Shown here piece after piece: positions 38,898 to 48,595 of a DNA stretch of 64,000 nt. A program made the position numbers and the translations under genes. The notes under the pieces are model-generated. The model had not been told where the DNA came from. It saw only the letters and a program-made list of their open reading frames with translations, and ran no database searches. The DNA is from Parcubacteria group bacterium (lineage in GTDB: Bacteria > Patescibacteriota > Minisyncoccia > Phycocordibacterales > DATDWN01). The DNA lies in contig JBBQLO010000001.1 in NCBI GenBank assembly GCA_038327915.1, positions 20,407 through 84,406 on the forward strand, in the 5' to 3' direction. The first letter of the stretch is position 1, and the number at the start of each line of letters is the position of its first letter.

Positions 38898-39711
38898 GAG
38901 AACGCAGACTGTAATGTTGAGCGGACTGAAAGCCAACTTGTTTGTCAGGAAAGAATTGGATCCGGATCATGTATTCGTGCTTGCTGAGCTCATGGAGGCT
39001 GGCGTTCCGATGAATGATCGGATGAAAGTCACTGAGACGGATCATATCATCGTTGATGGACGTCACCGTAAAGAAGCATATGAGCTCGCTAAGTATAGAG
39101 AGGTTGAAGTCGATATTGTTGCAGACATGAGTGAGATCGAGATGATATCGGAGGCATATCGGTCAAACACAGGTGGTTCTAAACCACCAACAACAGACGA
39201 CACCGAACACACCATCATGCTTCTTTGGCAACGGAATGAAAACATGAGGCGGATTGGGGAGTGTCTCGGAATTCCGAGTGGTCTTGCTCGAAAATACGTG
39301 ATGGCGATCAAATCGCGTATGGCTAGGGTTGCACTCCAACAAGCTATTGCTGCGGTTACCAACAACAATGTGAAGATTCAGGATGCTGCAGAACTTCATG
39401 GAGTAGATATCGAAATGTTGAGGACGGTGATGTCCGGTAAACGTAAAAAGCATAAGAACGGTGTGGGCGATGTTCAGCGAACGTTAACCAATACCCACAG
39501 AACTCTTGGGTTGAAAAATGCGGCAACAATCCGTGCATTGTTTATGCAGTTCGCAGATGGTGATATTACGGAAATGCAAATGAAAGAGATTCTTGATCAA
39601 CTCGAATCACTTCAAAAGCGTCATACTCGGTCAATCGTTGATTGGAGGGCGCGTTTTGAAGGGATTGTTAAGGGGAACAAGAATTCTCAAGAATGTGCAA
39701 AATCCGCTTAA
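38887..39711 (+). CDS. ParB/Srx-like nuclease-domain protein with HTH
   Basis: Start chosen at ATG 38887, preceded by AAAAAGGAGAAACGA. The ParB N-terminal domain pattern is 'LFVRKELDPDHVFVLAELMEAGVPMNDRMKVTETDHIIVDGRHRKEAYELAKYREVEVDIV', followed by an HTH-like 'RRIGECLGIPSGLARKYV'. Confidence 0.6.
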   Translation: MRVKRTQTVMLSGLKANLFVRKELDPDHVFVLAELMEAGVPMNDRMKVTETDHIIVDGRHRKEAYELAKYREVEVDIVADMSEIEMISEAYRSNTGGSKPPTTDDTEHTIMLLWQRNENMRRIGECLGIPSGLARKYVMAIKSRMARVALQQAIAAVTNNNVKIQDAAELHGVDIEMLRTVMSGKRKKHKNGVGDVQRTLTNTHRTLGLKNAATIRALFMQFADGDITEMQMKEILDQLESLQKRHTRSIVDWRARFEGIVKGNKNSQECAKSA

Positions 39712-39724
39712 TTGTTTTTTACCG

Positions 39725-39753
39725 CCAGGGTGCATATGCACCCTGGTTTTTTT
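39725..39753 (+). terminator. rho-independent terminator
   Basis: Perfect 22-nt palindrome ccagggtgcatatgcaccctgg followed by T7. A T-run also sits upstream. Confidence 0.75.
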
Positions 39754-41059
39754 ACTTCCTCACCACATTTTCCACCTCTTCCGCCTTCACTTTTACTTCC
39801 TCACCAGTTTGCATATTTTTGAGTGGGTATTCACTTGTTTTGACTTCGTCTTCACCGACAACAATGACAAAAGGGATGTTGTGTTTGTGAACAATTTTTA
39901 TCTGGTCTCCTACTTTTTTACCAGAGAGGTCGATAGCTACGTTAAGACCTTGTTTGTTTTTTGTTTCATCTTTTGTACGAAGTTTCTCCGCTAGTGTGCG
40001 AGCATGGTCAGTGAATTCGGAACTCAGCGTAGCGATGTATACTTGTGCACTTGGAGTGTATTTTGGAAGGAGATTGTGGCTTTCGAGGAAATCTCTCGCG
40101 GTGACATCGCCGGCGCCGAAGCCGACTGCTGGAACTTTTTTTGCACCAAAAATATCAAGAAGGTCGTCGTATCGCCCGCCGCCAAAAACAGAGCGGGGGT
40201 TGTCTGGGTTTGCATCAAAGACTTCAAAGACGGTGCCGGTGTAATAATCAAAACCTCGCATGAGAGTTGGATCAAAAACTATATTTGCAATACCTATTGA
40301 TTGGAGTTTTTCAATGAGTTCAATCAGTTCTTTTGAATGTAGATTTTTTTCACCAAGTAAGGTCAGAAGAGTTTCATTTGAACTCAAAAGTGCAATGAGT
40401 TCTGGGGCTTTTTCACCAAGTATGGCTTCAACACTGTCGAGAAAAGCGTCAGGAGTGATTTTTAATTTTTTGTCTATTATTTTTGAGAGTGTATGACTCT
40501 GCTCACTGTCGAGTTTAAAATAGGTATAGAGGTCTGTGAGGATTTTACGACTATTTATTTTAATAACAAAGTCTGCGTCATGTGCGCCAAAATTTTTCAT
40601 AATTTGGTGAGCAATTGTGATGATTTCTGTATCTGCCTCGCTACTGTCGACCCCAAAAAGATCTACATTGAGCTGCCAGTGCTCTCGCAAGCGACCGCGT
40701 TGAGGTTTTTCATATCGAAAAAGATTGGGAATAGAGTACCAGCGAAGCGGAAAAGCGAGTTCTTGGCTCCGAGCAGCCACCATCCGGGCAACTGTCGGTG
40801 TCATTTCGGGACGCAAAGTAACCTCCCTGTTTCCGCGGTCGGTAAAAGTGTATGTTTCGTTTGTTATAATTTCCTCCCCAGATTTAGCACGGTAGAGTTC
40901 TGCTGGTTCGAGGAGGGATGCGGAATATTCGACATAGCCAAATTTTTCGACTGTTTCTTTCCACGTCTTGAAAATATGATTTTGTATAAACATATCTTCA
41001 GGATAAAAGTCTCGTACCCCTTTATAGCTTTCCGTTGATAGTTTCATTTTGTCAGACAT
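39752..41059 (-). CDS. hisS: histidine--tRNA ligase
   Basis: Start chosen at the internal Met 'MSDKMKLSTESYKGVRDFYPEDM'. Class II aaRS motifs and the C-terminal anticodon-binding domain are present. Confidence 0.88.
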   Translation of the reverse strand: MSDKMKLSTESYKGVRDFYPEDMFIQNHIFKTWKETVEKFGYVEYSASLLEPAELYRAKSGEEIITNETYTFTDRGNREVTLRPEMTPTVARMVAARSQELAFPLRWYSIPNLFRYEKPQRGRLREHWQLNVDLFGVDSSEADTEIITIAHQIMKNFGAHDADFVIKINSRKILTDLYTYFKLDSEQSHTLSKIIDKKLKITPDAFLDSVEAILGEKAPELIALLSSNETLLTLLGEKNLHSKELIELIEKLQSIGIANIVFDPTLMRGFDYYTGTVFEVFDANPDNPRSVFGGGRYDDLLDIFGAKKVPAVGFGAGDVTARDFLESHNLLPKYTPSAQVYIATLSSEFTDHARTLAEKLRTKDETKNKQGLNVAIDLSGKKVGDQIKIVHKHNIPFVIVVGEDEVKTSEYPLKNMQTGEEVKVKAEEVENVVRK

Positions 41060-41079
41060 ACTGCTAGTGTATATAAAAA

Positions 41080-41847
41080 ATGAATAATCCACAAGAAAAA
41101 GAGGTTCATGTTTTATATAAAAAACTTGGGGAGACGCCACTTGAGTGCGTGGAGCGGTATCGAAGCGACAAGCTGGAATTGGCTGGAACCCCTCTCACAT
41201 ATGCTGGACGGCTCGACCCTCTGGCAGAGGGTGTGCTCATTGCATTGTCCGGAGAGGGTGTCGCCCAAAAAAGTGATTTTTTAAAATTGTCGAAGACATA
41301 TGAGTGTAAAATCTTGTGGGGATTTCATACGGACTCACTTGATATTTTGGGAGTGGTTTCTCTACAGAGACATACACCTCTTCCAAGTTCGGAGGATGTC
41401 GAAAAAATCATTCAAAAATCCGTCGGGATATTCCACCAGAAATATCCGCATTATTCCTCACGAACAGTTGGAGGTAAGTCTCTTATTGAGTGGTCTCGTT
41501 TAGGGAGAATAGGAGAAATAGAAATTCCGTCACATGAAGTAGAAATTTTAAAAGCGGAATATGTGTCGCGAATACAGATAAATGGTGAAGAATTGCAAAA
41601 AGAAATTATTCGTCGGGTTGGTTTGGTGAGTGGGGATTTTCGTCAGAAGGAAATTAAAAATAAATGGAGAAAAGCTTTTTCGCAAGATGTAAAAACCACG
41701 TACACCATTGACACAGTGAGACTCGAGGTTTCAAGCGGATTTTACGTTCGGCAATTTGTGGCGGATCTCGCACACACACTTGAGACCCAAGCCACTACTT
41801 TTCATATACTCCGCACACAGGTAGGAAAATATAAAGTTAAAAAGTAA
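41080..41847 (+). CDS. truB: tRNA pseudouridine(55) synthase
   Basis: 'YAGRLDPLAEGVLIAL' is the catalytic-Asp motif GxLDPxAxGxL. 255 aa. Confidence 0.75.
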   Translation: MNNPQEKEVHVLYKKLGETPLECVERYRSDKLELAGTPLTYAGRLDPLAEGVLIALSGEGVAQKSDFLKLSKTYECKILWGFHTDSLDILGVVSLQRHTPLPSSEDVEKIIQKSVGIFHQKYPHYSSRTVGGKSLIEWSRLGRIGEIEIPSHEVEILKAEYVSRIQINGEELQKEIIRRVGLVSGDFRQKEIKNKWRKAFSQDVKTTYTIDTVRLEVSSGFYVRQFVADLAHTLETQATTFHILRTQVGKYKVKK

Positions 41848-41913
41848 TTTGCATTTTTTAGTGAGTATGGTTGAATAGTAATAGAGTAGTTAAATTTAGC
41901 GCAGGAGTGAATT

Positions 41914-42102
41914 TTGGAAAATTTCAATGCACGTACGCGTGAGGTTCACCTTCATGATCTTTTTGCTGGCAATGGACTCCAACCTTTGAGGAATAAAAGA
42001 AGGAAGCGAGGTATGGAGAGTCCGAAGAGGTCCTTCAAGAAGGCAACCGTGAAGAGGATTGCAGGCAAGAAGACCCGCCCACGCGCTGCAAGACAGAGAT
42101 AG
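41914..42102 (+). other. GC-rich segment encoding a possible small highly basic peptide or ncRNA, ends at a strong terminator
   Basis: ORF with R/K-rich tail 'MESPKRSFKKATVKRIAGKKTRPRAARQR'. Its composition is unlike the flanks. The terminator lies at 42113-42160. Confidence 0.25.
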
Positions 42103-42112
42103 GTGACATAAT

Positions 42113-42160
42113 GCCCCGACTGCAGATATCGCAGTCGGGGCTTTGCTTTGCAATTTTTTA
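42113..42160 (+). terminator. rho-independent terminator
   Basis: 11-bp GC stem gccccgactgc/gcagtcggggc with loop agatatc, then tttgctttgcaatttttt. Confidence 0.7.
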
Positions 42161-42171
42161 TCGGGAGTGCT

Positions 42172-42528
42172 ATGAGCCCGTCTAAATTAAAGAGAGTATT
42201 TGGAAAAGTGTTAATGGGGGTAATGGAGGAGGAGAGAATAAGCCAAACTTTTTTGGCCAAGAAGGTAGGAATTCCAAAACATGAATTAGGAGAGATTGTA
42301 TTGGGGAGGCGTTCAATCGCACCAAGTAAGGAATGTAGGAGCCTGCATGCAGTCGTTTATGCTCTTCGTCTAGAAAAAGGTCTTCTCAGAAATTCTCTAT
42401 TCGGTATCCTTGAGAAATTATGCACACTTCGCAGGGAAAATAAGAGGAGATATAAAAGACTTTTCAGAAGAGGAGTCCATGGCGTAGCCGATGCAGAAAG
42501 GCTACAACGTCTCTTGAGGTCATTTTAA
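42172..42528 (+). CDS. XRE-family helix-turn-helix regulator (putative)
   Basis: 'ISQTFLAKKVGIPKHELGEIVLGRRSI' has an HTH_3-like pattern. Start chosen at Met 42172. Confidence 0.45.
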   Translation: MSPSKLKRVFGKVLMGVMEEERISQTFLAKKVGIPKHELGEIVLGRRSIAPSKECRSLHAVVYALRLEKGLLRNSLFGILEKLCTLRRENKRRYKRLFRRGVHGVADAERLQRLLRSF

Positions 42529-42565
42529 ACAGTACTTTTTTTATGAACATTCAAATCCCCGAGCA

Positions 42566-42605
42566 GTTGCTTCGGGGATTCTCTTTTTGTTTCATATTTC
42601 TGCAC
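42566..42605 (+). terminator. rho-independent terminator candidate
   Basis: Stem atccccga/tcggggat, then tctctttttgttt. Confidence 0.5.
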
Positions 42606-42621
42606 ACCCCCATGTATGTAA

Positions 42622-44397
42622 TTATTTTTTCATCAATTTTTTGCGAAGTCGTACAGACTTTGGAGTGATCTCAATGTATTCATCTTCAGACATAATTTCC
42701 ATTGATTTTTCAATATCGAGTGCGTAAGTGGCTGCAAGATAGACAGAGTCGTCTGAACCAGAAGCACGCATGTTTGTCAGCTGTTTGCCTTTAGTAGGAT
42801 TTACGAGCAAGTCTTCACCTTTTGAGACATTGCCAATAACCTGACCCTCGTATACTTCTGTTCCAGGTTCTATATAGAGAGTTCCACGTTGTTGCAAGTT
42901 GTCGAGAGCAAAAGCAAGTACCTTACCTTTCATCATCGAAACCATCGAACCGTAGTGGGTGCGTTTTATTTCACCCACATATTCACGAAATTCAACAAAA
43001 CGAGATGAGAGAATACCCTTGCCTCTGGTATCAATGACGAATTGCCCCCGATAGCCTAAAAGTCCTCGAGTAGGGATTTCAAATATGATTCGCTGGGCAC
43101 CGTTTTCTTGTTTGATGCTTGTTAATATTCCACGACGTTCAGTTAGTTTAGAAATGACAGCACTCGCGACATCGTCAGAAACATCAATAATAACTTCTTC
43201 AAAAGGTTCCATTTTGACACCATCTACTTCTTTTATAATAACTTGAGGTTGTGAGACTTGGAGTTCGTAGCCTTCACGTCGCATGTTTTCGAGGAGTATT
43301 GCGATGTGTAATTCTCCACGACCAAATACTGTCATAGTATCGCCGGTGAAATCTACTTTGAGTCCGACGTTAATCTCCAATTCCTTTTCCAGTCGTTCAC
43401 GAATTTGCCGTCCGGTCACGTATTTGCCTTCTCGCCCAGCGAACGGAGAGTCATTGACCAGAAAATTGAGAGAAATAGTTGGCTCGTCTATATTGATACT
43501 TGGCAAAGCTTTGGCATTTTCGTCTTTACAGAGAGTGTCGCCGATGTAGACTGTGGGCAGACCAGCTACCATAACAATGTCACCTGCGATAGCTTCGGCC
43601 ACTTCAACACGTTCGATACCTTTAAATGTAAACAGTTTGGTGATTTTGCCCGCCACTATATTTGTAGTATCGTGCTGTTTTACAAAAACTTGCTCGCCAA
43701 CTTTAATAGTACCCTCGTAAATTCGACAGACAGCAAGTCGTCCAAGAAAGTTATCATATCCGAGGTTAAATGTTTGAGCTCTGAGTGGGAGTGATGGATC
43801 ACCGGACGCTGCTGGCACTTCGCGAAGAATGGTTTCAAGAAGTGGAGTGAGGTCGCTTGATTCATCAGACAATTTCATTTTGGCAATACCTTGACGACCA
43901 ATGGCAAAAACGGTAGTAAAGTCAAGTTGAGCGTCATTGGCACCAAGTTCGAGAAATAATTCCAAAATCATCTCGTGTACATCGTCTGGTCGCGCAGCTG
44001 GTTTGTCTATTTTATTGATAACAACAATTGGCTTGATACCAAGTTCCAAAGATTTTTTTAATACAAAGCGTGTCTGAGGCATAGGTCCCTCTTGAGCATC
44101 AACAACAAGTAGCACAGTATCGATAGAACGGAGTACACGTTCTACCTCTGATCCGAAGTCGGAGTGGCCTGGAGTATCCACGATGTTGATTTTGGTCGTA
44201 GGTCGATCGCCTCCAGCTTTCGGGTAAAAGACGGATGTGTTTTTTGCATAGATAGTAATACCGCGTTCCTGTTCGAGGGCGTTACTGTCCATCGATACTC
44301 CTTCGACTGTCATACCGGTTTGGCGCATGAGTGCGTCAGTGAGTGTTGTTTTGCCGTGGTCGACATGGGCTATAATCGCTATATTTCTAATTTCCAT
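42622..44397 (-). CDS. typA: translational GTPase TypA/BipA
   Basis: 'IRNIAIIAHVDHGKTTLTDALM', the G-domain motifs and a length of 591 aa are typical of BipA. Confidence 0.9.
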   Translation of the reverse strand: MEIRNIAIIAHVDHGKTTLTDALMRQTGMTVEGVSMDSNALEQERGITIYAKNTSVFYPKAGGDRPTTKINIVDTPGHSDFGSEVERVLRSIDTVLLVVDAQEGPMPQTRFVLKKSLELGIKPIVVINKIDKPAARPDDVHEMILELFLELGANDAQLDFTTVFAIGRQGIAKMKLSDESSDLTPLLETILREVPAASGDPSLPLRAQTFNLGYDNFLGRLAVCRIYEGTIKVGEQVFVKQHDTTNIVAGKITKLFTFKGIERVEVAEAIAGDIVMVAGLPTVYIGDTLCKDENAKALPSINIDEPTISLNFLVNDSPFAGREGKYVTGRQIRERLEKELEINVGLKVDFTGDTMTVFGRGELHIAILLENMRREGYELQVSQPQVIIKEVDGVKMEPFEEVIIDVSDDVASAVISKLTERRGILTSIKQENGAQRIIFEIPTRGLLGYRGQFVIDTRGKGILSSRFVEFREYVGEIKRTHYGSMVSMMKGKVLAFALDNLQQRGTLYIEPGTEVYEGQVIGNVSKGEDLLVNPTKGKQLTNMRASGSDDSVYLAATYALDIEKSMEIMSEDEYIEITPKSVRLRKKLMKK

Positions 44398-44719
44398 AAA
44401 TTTTAATTAAAAACCGGCAGTCTCGCCGGAAGAAAGGTAATTAAAGCAAATTTTATATAGAGAGTCAAATTGGAAATTTCTTTCGCGAAAGTTATAGAAT
44501 AAAATTATTTTTGTACATTCATTCCTACTTCATTGACCGTTGTTATAATGAGTGCCGATCAGGTCGATAGTCGTGCAAGTACACTTAAATATTTAAAATA
44601 TTTTTTTACTAGTATGACTTTGAGTGCGTATACCGCATGCTTCATTGCATCAATAATTAGTTCAGTATAATTTATTACGTTTCGTTTATATTATTTATTA
44701 AATTTTACACCCAAAAAAT

Positions 44720-45730
44720 ATGAAAATATCTAAACTCGGATTTCTTGCTCCAGTTCTCGGCGTTCTGCTTACTGCATCGCCTGCGTTGGCAGCTTCGTCT
44801 ATCACTGTAACGAACACCAGTGATGCAAATGTTTCAAATACAGTTAATGCAAATGCTAATACTGGTGGTAACAGCTCAACTGCCGGTATGGGCTCACATG
44901 GTGGTATGGGAGGAAGTGTAACAGGAAGTAATACTCATGGATCCAATACGGCAGGTAGTGGAGGTATTGGAGGGGATGGTGGCAAGGGGGGAAATGTAAC
45001 AAGTGGGGATGCAACTGCCATAGCAATGATTTCTAATGATGTGAATACAACTAATACACACATTGAAGCCAATGATCCATCAGTTAACCAATATACGGAG
45101 ACTGTAGACTTGAGTACTCAAAAAGGTTCATCTGCACAGTCACTTGATGCAACTTATATGCATGACATGACTCATGCAGGTGCACAAAATAACCAGAGTA
45201 ATTCAAACGTAGACAGTACCCAGCACTCAACGTCAAGTGCTGATACACACTCAAATCCAAATTCAACATCAAATAGTAATACCTCATCTTCAACAAGTAA
45301 TAATGATCAGGCTAAATCTTCAAACAGCACTGATAATTCAAGCTCGACAAAAAAATCGACCTTAAGTGTAGCTGCAAATGAAAATCATGACAATCTCGAT
45401 ATTCACACAACACATGTGTATGTAGGAGGTGATAACGCAATTTCAACAAACAATCATTCTTCTGCAACAGTTGGAGGAGTGCTTACTGTAAATGCAACAA
45501 CCGGTGATAACCACTCAATGGCTGGAAATGCAGGTAAGGGTGGAAACGCTGGAGATGTTACAACATCCGGCAATATGAACTCAACTCAAACTACTTCAAA
45601 TATAAGTGGAATGGGTGGTAATGGCGGATTCGGCGGTAACGGCGGCACCGTGATGAGTGGAAACACACAATCAGGTACTGCTCTAGTGAATGTCGTTGGA
45701 CGTTCAATTACACGCATTACACGAATGTAA
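44720..45730 (+). CDS. secreted Gly/Asn/Ser/Thr-rich low-complexity protein
   Basis: Signal peptide '...LLTASPALAASS'. Repetitive GGNGG / NTxSN composition. Confidence 0.5.
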   Translation: MKISKLGFLAPVLGVLLTASPALAASSITVTNTSDANVSNTVNANANTGGNSSTAGMGSHGGMGGSVTGSNTHGSNTAGSGGIGGDGGKGGNVTSGDATAIAMISNDVNTTNTHIEANDPSVNQYTETVDLSTQKGSSAQSLDATYMHDMTHAGAQNNQSNSNVDSTQHSTSSADTHSNPNSTSNSNTSSSTSNNDQAKSSNSTDNSSSTKKSTLSVAANENHDNLDIHTTHVYVGGDNAISTNNHSSATVGGVLTVNATTGDNHSMAGNAGKGGNAGDVTTSGNMNSTQTTSNISGMGGNGGFGGNGGTVMSGNTQSGTALVNVVGRSITRITRM

Positions 45731-45842
45731 TAAGTAGGAAAAACAGGACTCTCCTGTTTTTGGATAAGATCTGGATTATATTTCCATGTTTTGTTTGAAA
45801 ACAGAAGATATTTACTCAATAAAAAAATTGAAACAAATCTGT

Positions 45843-48503
45843 ATGAAAATAAAAAATTTTTCACGTGCTGGAACATACTTTCTATTCATTGCGTTTTTTC
45901 TCAGTCAAAGCACGTACCCATTACTTCTTCAAGCGGAAGTAGTGGGGGATACCGCGAGCTCTTCTCCGCATGTTATAGAATCAAGTGTTCCTGAAATTAT
46001 CGCAAGTACAACGACAAGTATAAATGTATCTACGGGGACTCAACCAGATGTTCTTGCTTCAACAACCAGTCCACTCGATTCAACTTCCACTTCTTCCACC
46101 TCGGTTTTAAATATTGCGAGCTCTACATTTACTGGACAAACCTTGTCAGGTTTTGAAAAAACTCAAATTATCGCCACAAGTACAGATGTTGCTTCAACAA
46201 CCCTTGCATTTGCTTCAAGTACACTTAGTCTTGCCTCAACTTCTCCAGTTTCGATTTTTACTAATACTTCAAATCCGAGTGAAGGAAGCACTACATCTCT
46301 CAACAATATTGCAACAACAAGTGACGCAACCTCGACAGCGCTGGTTTATCCGACTATTCTTTCTGGTTCGGCAGTTGCGATGGCCAATGTGTTCAATATT
46401 CTTAATTCTAATTTTATCAATTCAATTGGTTCAATAATTTTTTCAAATTTTATAGATCAGGTTACATCAGTCGATCTTAGAAATTCTTCCTCTACATCCT
46501 TTAATTGTGGTACAGCCCTCTGTGGAGGAAATCAACCTATCAACTGGAACTTATCTGATACCGGAATTGCTACCAATACTATTCAAGTTGATGCGGGCAG
46601 TGGCAATAATACAATTTCCCAAATCAAAGACGGAGTTATCGCTACTGGAAATGCATACGCGGGGGTAAACTTAGTAAACTTAGTAAACACAACCTTCGCA
46701 GATTCGCATTATTTAATAGCAACATTGAATGCATTTAAGGGAGTCAGCGGAGATATTATTTTTCCAAATTTTACCAGTAATTCGTCAGAAACCGCTAGTA
46801 TTTTAACTCCAAATAGTGGCGATTCACAGACAGTAAATACTTTTCAAAGTTCAGCTACAATAAAAAATACAGCAAGTACTTTTTCCGACACGGGAAATAA
46901 CGGTATTGACGCATCGAGTAGTGCGCTGATGACGGGAACAGGAGAAGCATATACAAATATTTTTAATCAGGTTAATTCTTTGTTACCCGGAAACGGCATG
47001 ACGGTGTTACTTCGACTTTCGGGAAAATGGAACGGTCAAATTTTCAATCCTCCGGCAGGTATGCAACTTATTCACGGCGTAGATGGAAGCTTGTATTTAT
47101 ACGGAGTAAATACACATCTTCCAAATGTCCTTTCTTCTAGTTCAATCATTGATACTTCAACATCGACGATTAATAATAACGTCAAAGTGACCGCAGTGAC
47201 AGGTCGTAATCAAATTATCGGCGCTCAGACAGCACTCATTTCTACTGGTAATGCATATGCGGGTGCAAACATTGTCAACATCGCAAACCAACACGTAGTT
47301 GGAAAAAACTGGTTACTTGCCGTTATAAATATTTTTGGAGATTTCAATGGTAATATTTCTTTTGGTAGACCTGATTTGTGGATTGGAGATAAAGTTACGG
47401 GACCTGCATACATTGCTGACGGATCGATTCTTACTTACAATTTGACCATTATTAATAATGGAGATGCAGATGCGAGTGAAGTCTTTCTTTCGGAAATGCC
47501 AGATACACAGCATATAAATATTTCTACATCTTCACTTCCGTATAAAACAACTTCAGACGGGCATCTCCGCTGGAATATCGGTAATCTTCCAAAAGGAAAG
47601 GCGGTAGAAATCACATATTCTGGAACTGTAAAAAATGCTCCGTCTGGGACTCATATTATAAATAATACACAGGTCACAGAACACGAAACAGATAATAATA
47701 CTACGGATAATACTGACAGTGCTTCAATTCAAAGCACGATTCTTACACAAAACGGTGGAATCTATGTTTATACACCTTCACAGCAAACAAATGCGCCATT
47801 AAATAAACTTGCTGAGGTACCACTTCCTGTGAATCAGTTTCCAATTATTAGGGTAACGCGAGTTATTCCCCATGCTTTAATTTCGGAAAGTAATTCAACT
47901 ACCACCGAACAACTTGTTATAAAAAACGAGAGTAACGTAGATGCACCGAACGTAAGATTGGTAGATATTCTTAAAAATTCAACAGGAAATATTTTTCACC
48001 AGGAAGATTGGAACCTCGACACGGTCCGTGCACATGAAGAAATCACTGTTGAATACAGCTTTGTTTTTTCGACAAGCACGCCTGCTGGAATCTACACCCT
48101 TTCAAGTTTTGTTGAAGGAGAGAATATTGCTTCACGAACAACTCAAAACGGAGAAATTGTTATTAAATTCCCTGAGATTATTCCAAGTATAGTAGATACA
48201 CCTATTTCAATTACGGAAAATTTTACCGTACCACATATTGTATTTCCTTCGATAGTTTATAAGCCGACACAAGTAGTCAGTATAAAGCCAATTTCTAAAG
48301 TTGATCCGTTTGAGAATGCAACCTCAAGTACTACTTTTGTTCCGCATATTCCTCCAACAATTGGTTCAACAGAAAATTTGCTTGCAAATACTTCGACTTC
48401 TTCTGGGTCAATTCCATTTTCGATGAGTATTTTGGGATTTCTTTCTCTTCTAGCAACTGGAGTGTACACTTCAAAAATATCTTTTATAAAAAAACCATTC
48501 TAA
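45843..48503 (+). CDS. large cell-surface protein with S/T-rich stalk, DUF11-like repeats and C-terminal TM anchor
   Basis: Start chosen at Met 'MKIKNFSRAGTYFLFIAFF' (signal). Repeated blocks 'TGNAYAGVNLVNLVN...' and 'STGNAYAGANIVNIAN...'. 'YNLTIINNGDADASEV' is DUF11-like. The C-terminus 'ILGFLSLLATGVYTSKISFIKKPF' is a TM anchor. Confidence 0.6.
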   Translation: MKIKNFSRAGTYFLFIAFFLSQSTYPLLLQAEVVGDTASSSPHVIESSVPEIIASTTTSINVSTGTQPDVLASTTSPLDSTSTSSTSVLNIASSTFTGQTLSGFEKTQIIATSTDVASTTLAFASSTLSLASTSPVSIFTNTSNPSEGSTTSLNNIATTSDATSTALVYPTILSGSAVAMANVFNILNSNFINSIGSIIFSNFIDQVTSVDLRNSSSTSFNCGTALCGGNQPINWNLSDTGIATNTIQVDAGSGNNTISQIKDGVIATGNAYAGVNLVNLVNTTFADSHYLIATLNAFKGVSGDIIFPNFTSNSSETASILTPNSGDSQTVNTFQSSATIKNTASTFSDTGNNGIDASSSALMTGTGEAYTNIFNQVNSLLPGNGMTVLLRLSGKWNGQIFNPPAGMQLIHGVDGSLYLYGVNTHLPNVLSSSSIIDTSTSTINNNVKVTAVTGRNQIIGAQTALISTGNAYAGANIVNIANQHVVGKNWLLAVINIFGDFNGNISFGRPDLWIGDKVTGPAYIADGSILTYNLTIINNGDADASEVFLSEMPDTQHINISTSSLPYKTTSDGHLRWNIGNLPKGKAVEITYSGTVKNAPSGTHIINNTQVTEHETDNNTTDNTDSASIQSTILTQNGGIYVYTPSQQTNAPLNKLAEVPLPVNQFPIIRVTRVIPHALISESNSTTTEQLVIKNESNVDAPNVRLVDILKNSTGNIFHQEDWNLDTVRAHEEITVEYSFVFSTSTPAGIYTLSSFVEGENIASRTTQNGEIVIKFPEIIPSIVDTPISITENFTVPHIVFPSIVYKPTQVVSIKPISKVDPFENATSSTTFVPHIPPTIGSTENLLANTSTSSGSIPFSMSILGFLSLLATGVYTSKISFIKKPF

Positions 48504-48595
48504 ACACTCAGCATAGTATTCCTCTCGTTCGTGTTAAAATATTATTCACAATTATTTAAAAAATGTGATACAATTTATGTCATTGTTAGAATGCC

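Noticed and set aside
39725-39746. Bidirectional terminator serving both the ParB operon and hisS
   Set aside because: The T-run follows the hairpin only on the plus strand. On the minus strand the hairpin is followed by CGGUAAAAAACAA, so it is called as a plus-strand terminator only.
41848-42110. Candidate SRP RNA (GAAGGAAGC string)
   Set aside because: I could not assemble the characteristic helix-8 symmetric and asymmetric loops or a closing long hairpin by eye. It is retained only as a question under findings.
41952-42260. Minus-strand ORFs 41952..42260 and 41896..42153
   Set aside because: They overlap the plus-strand terminator and the start of the HTH gene, show no motif, and face opposite to a clear plus-strand terminator.
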